Of a stretch of 28,591 nt of DNA, positions 18,711 through 25,970 are shown piece by piece. A model generated the notes under the pieces. That model had not been told where the DNA came from and did not search any database. It saw nothing but the letters and a program-made list of their open reading frames with translations. Source of the DNA: an archaeon (lineage in GTDB: Archaea; Asgardarchaeota; Thorarchaeia; Thorarchaeales; Thorarchaeaceae); assembly GCA_024275415.1 (NCBI GenBank), contig JAJRZD010000086.1, positions 1-28,591 on the forward strand. The letters run 5' to 3'. Each line of letters opens with the position of its first letter. Positions within the stretch are counted from its first letter, which is position 1. The translations under genes and the position numbers were made by a program.

Positions 18711-19517
18711 ATGACTGAGAGGCAGGATGATACAGAAGGGAACCGCACAGTGGCAGACACTGTAGGCACATTTGAAAAGTGGGGGTTATGGGGCACAGAT
18801 AGAAGGCCCCTCTCTTTGGATTATCCGACACTTTCTCTTGGCATTGCGATACTGTCAATTTTGAGTTTCCTAGGGTTCTTTAATCTGACAATTCGCTTGG
18901 TCTTGACCGCCCTTATTCAAGACTCAGAGTATGCTAGCACAATCTCTACCGTCCTCGGTCAGTTGCTACGGCTGTCCATTGTAATTGTATTTGTTTTTGT
19001 GAACAAAGGAAATCTACACCAATTCTATATTCAACGTAATCCATTCAAATTAAACAAGGATAACCATAATGAACTGAAGATTTTGTTGATTGGAATCGTA
19101 GGACTTGTTATCTATTCCCCCCTCTTTGCATTTTACAAGATTGGCACGATTTCCTTTATGCCGGTTGGTGAATATCCATCAACAATAATGTCGGCATTGT
19201 ATTATGGTATTGTCGAAGAGATTGAGTTTCGAGGAATCCTGTTTGTCTATCTCACGTATTGGCTTAGCAACAGAATAAAAGACGAAACGAAGCTAAGAGC
19301 AGTATCAATCATCGTGACCTCATTGATCTTTGGCCCGCTATACCACAACAGGTATTTCCTAACCGATATAGTCTTGCTCATAACCGTATCGATCTTCGGG
19401 CTGCTAATGCAATTGATTGTGTTGCGGTTCCAATCCCTTAATGCTGCTTGGATGCTTCATGCTCTGCTTGATATCATCCCATTCATCTTTATTGCAGGTG
19501 CTGTGACCACATTGTAG
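18711..19517 (+). CDS. CPBP (CAAX protease/Abi) family intramembrane glutamic endopeptidase
   Basis: Multi-pass membrane protein with GIVEEIEFRGILF (EExxxR), SLIFGPLYH (FxxxH) and AWMLHALLD (HxxxN/D). The start is placed at ATG 18711 (MTERQDD). Confidence 0.85.
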   Translation: MTERQDDTEGNRTVADTVGTFEKWGLWGTDRRPLSLDYPTLSLGIAILSILSFLGFFNLTIRLVLTALIQDSEYASTISTVLGQLLRLSIVIVFVFVNKGNLHQFYIQRNPFKLNKDNHNELKILLIGIVGLVIYSPLFAFYKIGTISFMPVGEYPSTIMSALYYGIVEEIEFRGILFVYLTYWLSNRIKDETKLRAVSIIVTSLIFGPLYHNRYFLTDIVLLITVSIFGLLMQLIVLRFQSLNAAWMLHALLDIIPFIFIAGAVTTL

Positions 19518-19571
19518 GGTTTTCTGACATTGTTCGACTCCGCGTTTATGCAGGCCATGTCCCGATGTCGT

Positions 19572-20486
19572 CTAGCTTATCATGTATCTTGGATGCGGTT
19601 TCTCTGGTCTCTCTCTGGTTTCCATGTGAATGCCAGACAATGCAGCATCGGCCATGGCAACTATAGGATACACGATAGGTGCGTGTTTTGCAGGCCCCAT
19701 CAAGACGAAATCTGCTCCGAGTACCACTGGCATCAAGTTAGCCCCGACCAATGCCGGTTCCTTTGCTCTCTGCCCGAATTTTGGAATCAACCCTTTCCAT
19801 GTGCTGACCGCGTTGTGAGCGCCACTACCAACGGGATATCCATATTTAGTCTTCAGAAGATGCTGCGTCTTGCAAGCGATACCGAGAGTGGGAATATCTA
19901 GAACCCCTGCATCTATGAGGATGTTTTTCACTCCCACCGACCTTGATTTGTTAATAAGCTGGTCTGCCAGTTCAACTCTTTTGTTTGAGGACACCAATGC
20001 ACTTGTGTCGAAAGTGAGAAGCAATGCATTCCTAAGTCCCGTGTCGTGGATGCTGTCATAGAGTATCTGCTCTGTGGAGGGGGTCAACGAGTTGATTATT
20101 ACCCGGTCTAGTATCCCCGCGTCCTTCGCGGTTTCGATTCCAGCGACATTCACCTCAGTCGAGTCTGAGCCATCTATGAGGAGTGGGAACTCCGTAGCAT
20201 CAGCAAGATATCGTAGATACCTATCCATTGCCTCTGGCGTAGTCCCTATGATGTCCAACATCGTGGAGAGACCTGTCCTCTCTGTTAGATCTGTCAGCAT
20301 CGCTAATGTCGCCTCAGTCTGTGTTACGTCCAAGTTCCCCATCTTTGGATCACGTACGTGCTTGTCAGAAGTGTAGAACAGCGAAGGAATTAGGACAGTA
20401 GGGATTTTTCCTGGTATCCCTCCGATCCTCACATTCCTGATTCGCAGAGTTGATTGTTCAGTCGAGTACTCGAACACGATAGGCAC
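19572..20486 (-). CDS. MtrH-family methyltransferase (methyl-corrinoid:pterin methyltransferase, MtxH/MtgA-like)
   Basis: IGGIPGKIPTVLIPSLFY, PLLIDG, RVIINS, ILIDAGV, YGYPVGSGAHNA and LGADFVLMGP. No other mtr subunits lie nearby. Confidence 0.85.
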   Translation of the reverse strand: MPIVFEYSTEQSTLRIRNVRIGGIPGKIPTVLIPSLFYTSDKHVRDPKMGNLDVTQTEATLAMLTDLTERTGLSTMLDIIGTTPEAMDRYLRYLADATEFPLLIDGSDSTEVNVAGIETAKDAGILDRVIINSLTPSTEQILYDSIHDTGLRNALLLTFDTSALVSSNKRVELADQLINKSRSVGVKNILIDAGVLDIPTLGIACKTQHLLKTKYGYPVGSGAHNAVSTWKGLIPKFGQRAKEPALVGANLMPVVLGADFVLMGPAKHAPIVYPIVAMADAALSGIHMETRERPEKPHPRYMIS

Positions 20487-20511
20487 CTTTTGCAGTTTCC
20501 TTTAGAATTGG

Positions 20512-20530
20512 ATTTCTTAAGAGTAGTGGC
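20512..20530 (-). promoter_or_regulatory. 19-bp element, copy 2, upstream of the mtrH-like gene
   Basis: Identical to 18455-18473. The TATA-like TTAAGAAA ends about 27 bp before the GTG at 20486, consistent with a leaderless or short-leader transcript. Confidence 0.6.
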
Positions 20531-20664
20531 ATGTGCTGGCAGTCACGGATCAAATCCGTTCCAATATGCCATGAGCTCCCTTTAGTATGGTCTTAATCAG
20601 TACTAAAGATGCCTTGTTGAGATTGGTTTTAGGTCATTGTGGAATGTTGTGGTTTCGATGGGTA

Positions 20665-21354
20665 CTATCTGTTCTTCTTGCGAAGGGCCTTGGCAAGTGC
20701 CATTACAAATTGCTCCATTGGTGGCATCGCTTCGGGCACGAGAACCACAGAAACAAACACATGGGGCTCCTTACGCGCAATTGAGAGACGTGTTAGATAG
20801 GGAGCGACACCGTCAAAACTCTCTCGAAATCGGGATGAATTAAAAAGCCTCTCACCAACCTCAGTATCGGATGTGACTATATAGAACCGGTCTCTCAGGT
20901 CTTCGATTGTCAGCTCACTGATACTATCCGGATGCGACTTCATTGATGTTTCCAGATTCTGTTGTTCCCTCCGAATTACTAGTTCAAGGTTCAGTGCCGG
21001 GCGCTTGGTCAGATTTGCCCGTATTTGGAGCTGGTCCGAGCGATGTCGTGCCTTGCAATAAGCAAGATGAAGGATGTTTGACCTGTCGAGTAGCAGGATT
21101 GTAGATTCAAGTTTTGGCAAAGGACTATCAGATTTTTGGTGATACGCGAATTTAGCTCCCGTATTACCTAGAAGTCTAACACTGACCTTTGATGTTGTTG
21201 ACTGAAACCGATTAGCAACATCCTGAGCAATCTTCCTGCGCAATCTTGAAGTGCCGTAACGTCCTATCATCCATGTCCCGATCAGGAAGAATGCCAGTCC
21301 GACGATGATTGCTTGTCCGGTCAGGGGGATGTCTTGCATTTGTTCGAACTCCAC
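20665..21354 (-). CDS. Single-pass membrane protein, probable CCDC47 (DUF1682, PAT complex subunit) homologue
   Basis: N-terminal TM followed by [23 protein letters not shown]...[10 protein letters not shown] and [14 protein letters not shown]. These parallel remembered human CCDC47 segments [22 protein letters not shown]...[10 protein letters not shown] and [14 protein letters not shown]. Confidence 0.6.
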   Translation of the reverse strand: [229 protein letters not shown]

Positions 21355-21396
21355 TCCATAATGAAAGAGTCAACTCATCCTACGCCTCCTTCCTCC

Positions 21397-21413
21397 CTAT
21401 AAGACTTTTCAGA
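21397..21413 (-). promoter_or_regulatory. Probable BRE/TATA promoter of the CCDC47-like gene
   Basis: The minus strand reads GAAAAGTCTTATAGGG: a purine-rich BRE followed by CTTATA, about 45 bp upstream of the GTG at 21354. Confidence 0.45.
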
Positions 21414-21663
21414 GGCATGGCTCTACTGGTGTGTTATACTTTTGAACACAGACAGGTAATCAAGGTTTCTTGTGAAAGAATCTACCAGTCGTTACTGCTG
21501 AGGTATCGTACTATCTTTAGAAATCATTCCAGTCAGACCTTTTGTTTCTCAAGAAACACAATTAATATATCCTCCTTCAGTTGTACCAGGATGGAGTCGG
21601 GATACCATGAATTCCAGCAAGCAAGTCGAGGGCACACGTGAGGTCTGTGTCGAAGCATGGAAC

Positions 21664-22224
21664 ATGATATTTGGTCGTGCAGTCTTTGTTTATCTTTTCC
21701 TCCCTCGCTCATGGATAACTGGCTACCAGCTGAATGATCCATTAGTAACAAATCGTTTTCTTTACAAGGATCGTGTATGGGTTGGCTCTGGCGAGATCGA
21801 ATGCCTTATTTCTCGTGAACATGGGCAACAGAAGCATCCTGACCTTGATTTCAGAACTAAGATACTAGTTGATCTGAAAAAGGGATTCCCAACCCCTCCG
21901 AGTCCACAAAGCCTTCGTAAGCAAGCTGTAAAGAAAGGCAGGGAAGTGGTAGATTGTGGAGAACTGCATACCGGTGGCCATTCGGGAAGCTATATCCTTT
22001 GGAAGTCATACCGTCCACGTTTCGGGATTTTTGGATCGCCACGTCTCAATGCGCAATTGCAGGGATTCATACCGTGTGAAGAAACCTCACGACTAATAGA
22101 AGTCATCTGGACCTCTCCCACTCCCAGCCTTGTTATTGATCAATCCGAGGTACTCATAGAGGCTCTGAACTCGATTCTTTGTCATGGACATGATATCGAA
22201 TCGTATGAGGACAACATCCTCTAG
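21664..22224 (+). CDS. Hypothetical protein (possible PsbP/Mog1-like fold, possible metal site)
   Basis: The ORF has protein-like composition. The start is placed at ATG 21664 (MIFGRAVFVYLFLP); the track start is 21607. Contains GGH, PCEETSR and a near-terminal LNSILCH. Confidence 0.65.
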   Translation: MIFGRAVFVYLFLPRSWITGYQLNDPLVTNRFLYKDRVWVGSGEIECLISREHGQQKHPDLDFRTKILVDLKKGFPTPPSPQSLRKQAVKKGREVVDCGELHTGGHSGSYILWKSYRPRFGIFGSPRLNAQLQGFIPCEETSRLIEVIWTSPTPSLVIDQSEVLIEALNSILCHGHDIESYEDNIL

Positions 22225-22374
22225 AGGCACTAGTTTGTTCTAATTGTTTCTAATGTATCAAATTCGGCAGTCCAAAAGTTTACCGACAGATTTAATGCTA
22301 GGATATACTATCGTTTTGTAACCGAGACCGAGAACTACACAAAACAAGTGAATCGGCCTTGGAGGTGGTTAGGT

Positions 22375-24156
22375 ATGCAACAGTTCTCACCTGCGATTTT
22401 TATCGGGGTTGGACTTGCGATCTATATTGTTGGCTATTTACTATATGCTAGGTATGTGGATCGCAATGTCTGGAGTCCGAATCCAAATGTAAAAACACCT
22501 GCACATATGTACATGGATGGAATAGAATTCTTTCCCACCTCAAAAAGTGTGCTATTTGGATTCCAATTCAAATCCATTGCTGCTCTTGGTCCCATCAGTG
22601 GGCCATTTATAGCATTGGTATTTGGCTGGTTGCCAGCATTTCTGTGGATAATATTCGGTACGTTCTTCATCGGGTGGATACATGACTACACATCCGTCAT
22701 GATCACTGTGCGTAGCGAAGGTGAATCCTTTGGTCCAATTACCTATCGGATGGTTGGATCACGAGCTCGCAAAGGTCTGATGGGTTTCATAATCTTCTAC
22801 CTGATTCTAGTAATGTCCGTATTCGCGTATATCTGTGGAGCATTCTTCAGGGCATTTACCCAAAGTATTGTTCCGACGATATTCGTAATTGTTGGGGGTG
22901 TGTTATCCGGAGTCATGCTGTACAAGCTGAGAATGAACATCGTTGTTTCCACAATTGTGGGTCTGGGACTCATGGTTGTCGGTATTTGGGCTGGGATATG
23001 GCTCTATCTACAGGGACTTCTGGATTGGGTTAGTTCTACACCTGTTGAACTGTGGATTGTTGTCGCTTTGATTCTGGTGTACTTCGGTGCCACATTGGCG
23101 ATAACAGATTGTGCTCAACCTGTAAACTATGTTGCCTTCTGGCCATGTTTCGTTGCAGTGATACTGATCATTGCCGGTGCTTTGCTCAGCCCCTTGACGA
23201 TGGCACTTTATCCGGCTGATCCTGTCCTAGTCCAGACTGAGCCGATCATAACCTTCTACGATGATAACTATGGTCCGCTTTGGCCTATACTATTTGTGGC
23301 AATTGCATGTGGTGCGGTGTCTGGATGGCATAGCTTGGTTGGTAGCAGTGCAACTGGCAAACAGATTGGGTCTGAAATTGATGTTCTTCCAGTTGCTGGT
23401 GGTTCTATGTTTCTTGAGGGGCTGTTGGCGATGAGTGCTATGTCAGCATACGTCGTCATTGCACCTGCAAGTGTGAATCCGGCATGGTTCGTCAATTTTC
23501 CAACTGGCGCAGCAATCCTTACTCAGGGGATGTTTGGTGGTGCCGCTGTGGCTGGAGTGATACTGGTCGCTTTCTTTGCAATGGTGCTAGAACTCTACGC
23601 TATCACTGTATTGCAGCTCATGCCACGGTTCTTCCGTTTGGCAGCAGCAGACCTTGCTGGAACCTCTGCAGTTGCTCCTCTATTTCGGAACAAATGGATT
23701 GGTGCTGGAATCGGAATACTCATTGCGTTTGCCTTTGCAGCCACTGGTGCGTGGTATCACCTCTGGATGTTATTCGGCGGTAGTAATCAGTTGCTCGCAG
23801 GGCTTGCGTTAATGCTTGCCTCAGTCTATCTGGTGCGTGCAAAGAAACCGTCGTACTATACACTGATACCCGCGGTTTTCATGATACTGACCTGTGAAGC
23901 TGCGCTTCTTTGGGAAACATGGATCTTCGTTCGCGCACTATTGACGGTTGGCTATTTCGCTAGACCCGGGAGTCTGATTGGTGATATGGCAGCTGCTGGT
24001 AACATATTGCCAGCAGTAGCGCTTACATGGATATTCATAGCTCTCTCTCTGATTCTGTTTGTTCTTGGATTGCTTGTGTTTGCGGACACATGGGCAGCAT
24101 TGAAACGCAGTTCTAAGGAAGCTAAGGGATCCGTTGAGGTAACTGTATCTGCTTAG
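22375..24156 (+). CDS. cstA: CstA (carbon starvation protein A)-family transporter
   Basis: TPAHMYMDGIEFFPT, LFGFQFKSIAALGPISGP, FGWLPAFLWII, WIHDY, LWPILFVAIACGAVSGWHSLV, GSMFLEGLLA and LFGGSNQLLAGLAL. RBS GGAGGTG at 22361-22367 precedes the ATG at 22375. Confidence 0.92.
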   Translation: MQQFSPAIFIGVGLAIYIVGYLLYARYVDRNVWSPNPNVKTPAHMYMDGIEFFPTSKSVLFGFQFKSIAALGPISGPFIALVFGWLPAFLWIIFGTFFIGWIHDYTSVMITVRSEGESFGPITYRMVGSRARKGLMGFIIFYLILVMSVFAYICGAFFRAFTQSIVPTIFVIVGGVLSGVMLYKLRMNIVVSTIVGLGLMVVGIWAGIWLYLQGLLDWVSSTPVELWIVVALILVYFGATLAITDCAQPVNYVAFWPCFVAVILIIAGALLSPLTMALYPADPVLVQTEPIITFYDDNYGPLWPILFVAIACGAVSGWHSLVGSSATGKQIGSEIDVLPVAGGSMFLEGLLAMSAMSAYVVIAPASVNPAWFVNFPTGAAILTQGMFGGAAVAGVILVAFFAMVLELYAITVLQLMPRFFRLAAADLAGTSAVAPLFRNKWIGAGIGILIAFAFAATGAWYHLWMLFGGSNQLLAGLALMLASVYLVRAKKPSYYTLIPAVFMILTCEAALLWETWIFVRALLTVGYFARPGSLIGDMAAAGNILPAVALTWIFIALSLILFVLGLLVFADTWAALKRSSKEAKGSVEVTVSA

Positions 24157-24248
24157 TGGAAAAGAGTAGCCTAACGGCTACCCTTCCCTTTTTTAGTCCA
24201 TGTAGAAACACTAATCTGACACGGTTCGGTGTTCTGCTCACTACGATA

Positions 24249-24524
24249 ATGGCGGAAATTTTTTTGCGGATTCTCAAGGTTATTCGGGACACTTTAGAAG
24301 GAATTTGGAAGGCTCAGAAAGCAGGTTTGGCTGGGCCGCTGATCAAAGCAAAAGTGGACAATGACAATGCTCTGATGTTTGTGATTCTTGGTGATATCTT
24401 GGGATTTCCATTCCAATCGACTTTCTACTCAAGACTGTTTTTGGTTTCTTTAATAGAACAGATTCCTTCATGGAAAAAGAGAATTCTGAAAGAACGTGAC
24501 ACTTTGGAGTACATGCACGATTAA
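24249..24524 (+). CDS. Small CstA/ArsA-associated protein 1 (cory-CC-star-like, no terminal CC), about 91 aa
   Basis: MAEIFLR...LMFVILGDILGFPFQSTFYSRLFL...WKKRILKERD; clearly paralogous to the next ORF. An alternative GTG at 24156 overlaps the cstA stop but adds an implausible N-terminus. Confidence 0.72.
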   Translation: MAEIFLRILKVIRDTLEGIWKAQKAGLAGPLIKAKVDNDNALMFVILGDILGFPFQSTFYSRLFLVSLIEQIPSWKKRILKERDTLEYMHD

Positions 24525-24622
24525 GACTTGTCCAATCGTTATTTGATAATGTATTGGACAGAGCCCATTTGATAATAAGAGTTATAGGGAACATTGCTAT
24601 CTATCCTTGCGGGGATTACCTA

Positions 24623-24910
24623 ATGAATGGCAAAGAGAACCCTGACGCTTCTAAAGAGCGTCGAGGCGCAAAAGAGACAGTAAAGGATTTCTTCTATGGT
24701 ATGGCCATGCAAGGTATGGCAAGGTATGCCCTGAAGACGAGGATGTACCTTGAACAGCTTTTCATGCTCATCACATTGGGTGATATGTTGGGCATTCCTA
24801 TCCTCCCTCCCTACTATTCTCTCAAGCTCCTACCTTATGCCGTTCCTAATATCAAGACTTGGAAACGTGGGCTATTCAAGGAACGTGACTTCACGGACGC
24901 TCTCTTCTAG
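24623..24910 (+). CDS. Small CstA/ArsA-associated protein 2 (cory-CC-star-like, no terminal CC), about 95 aa
   Basis: VKDFFYG...LEQLFMLITLGDMLGIPILPPYYSLKLLP...WKRGLFKERD. Resembles the remembered cory-CC-star core (DLFMLLVFSEMLGVPNP..YYTLELLP...W). Confidence 0.78.
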   Translation: MNGKENPDASKERRGAKETVKDFFYGMAMQGMARYALKTRMYLEQLFMLITLGDMLGIPILPPYYSLKLLPYAVPNIKTWKRGLFKERDFTDALF

Positions 24911-24959
24911 GATAATTGGTGATTCCTTATCTGCAATGAAACGGATATGGTGAACACTC

Positions 24960-25967
24960 TTGGTAAAAAACATGAGCAGCTTTTACGAAGATAACCCTGA
25001 CCTGAAAATTGCGGTGTTTGCCGGGAAAGGAGGCCTTGGCAAGACCACCTGCAGTGCTGCACTGGCGATGTGGCTTTCGAAAAAGAAACAACGTGTTCTA
25101 TGTTTCAGTACGGATCCTCAGGCGTCTTTATCAGACATTTTCGAAAAAGATGTCTTCGGGAAAGGTTCTGTAACTTTGGATAAGAACCTCTATGTGATGG
25201 AAATTGATGCAGACAAGCGAATTGCTGCGTTTCAGGAAGAAGTCCGTCAAAAGATAAGAGACATGTACGGTATTGATGAGCTTCCAAAAGAAATTGATGA
25301 ATACATAAATGCCGCGGGAGCAGAACCTGCGATGCACGAGTCTGCCACTTATGACGCGATGGCCGGATTGTTGGCCTCCGACGAGTATAACTTCCATGTG
25401 TTCGACATGCCGCCCTTTGGGCATGGCATTCGGATTGTTTCAATGGCACGAATCCTCGATGTCTGGGTAGAAAAGATGGAAGAAACCAGAAAGAAAGCAC
25501 AAGAGTATGGTGAATCTGCTTGGAAGATGCAGCAGAGGACATCTGGTGCAGGTCAGGATGAGATGCTTGCGGAGTTGCTTGAGATTCGGAAGAAGCTCAG
25601 TTTCTTTCAGGATATTCTTACCGACAACAAGCGAACCGCATTCTATATGGTCATCACGCCTGAGAAAATGTCAATCTTGGACACTGAACGCGCATTGAAG
25701 ATGTTCGAGCAGATGGACATCACCCTCACCGGTGTAATCATCAATCAAGTGTATCCCAAAGAGTTGCTCCAAAGGAAAGATTTGGGCGATTTTCTCCGGA
25801 AACGAATTGAGATGCAGCAGAAGTATATGAATGAGATCAAAGATAAGTTGGGCAAACATGTATGTGCAGTCATCCCGATGTTCGATCGAGAGCCTAAAGG
25901 TCTCGAGATGATCCAGCAGGTAGCAGACATAATGATGAACTGGGATGGGAAGATAACGGAGGAGTAG
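24960..25967 (+). CDS. ArsA/Get3/TRC40-family ATPase, subunit 1 (catalytic motifs intact)
   Basis: Deviant Walker A GKGGLGKTT, switch I STDPQASLSDIF, switch II DMPPFGHGIR, TAFYMVITPEKMSILDTER and IINQV. Single ATPase domain. The start is TTG 24960 or ATG 24972. Confidence 0.9.
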   Translation: MVKNMSSFYEDNPDLKIAVFAGKGGLGKTTCSAALAMWLSKKKQRVLCFSTDPQASLSDIFEKDVFGKGSVTLDKNLYVMEIDADKRIAAFQEEVRQKIRDMYGIDELPKEIDEYINAAGAEPAMHESATYDAMAGLLASDEYNFHVFDMPPFGHGIRIVSMARILDVWVEKMEETRKKAQEYGESAWKMQQRTSGAGQDEMLAELLEIRKKLSFFQDILTDNKRTAFYMVITPEKMSILDTERALKMFEQMDITLTGVIINQVYPKELLQRKDLGDFLRKRIEMQQKYMNEIKDKLGKHVCAVIPMFDREPKGLEMIQQVADIMMNWDGKITEE

Positions 25968-25970
25968 AAA

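Noticed and set aside
9344-19517. Functional link between the Rab-like GTPase and the CAAX-type (CPBP) protease
   Set aside because: The GTPase has no C-terminal Cys or CAAX box, the genes are about 9 kb apart, and prokaryotic CPBP proteins are widespread without prenylation.
19572-20486. Methanogenesis Mtr complex
   Set aside because: Only an MtrH homologue is present, with no membrane subunits MtrA-G. Lone MtrH-family proteins are common in non-methanogens.
24156-24248. GTG start overlapping the cstA stop (translational coupling)
   Set aside because: The extra 31 residues have no counterpart in the paralogue and span a CCCTTCCCTTTTTT tract. ATG 24249 fits better, though coupling is not excluded.
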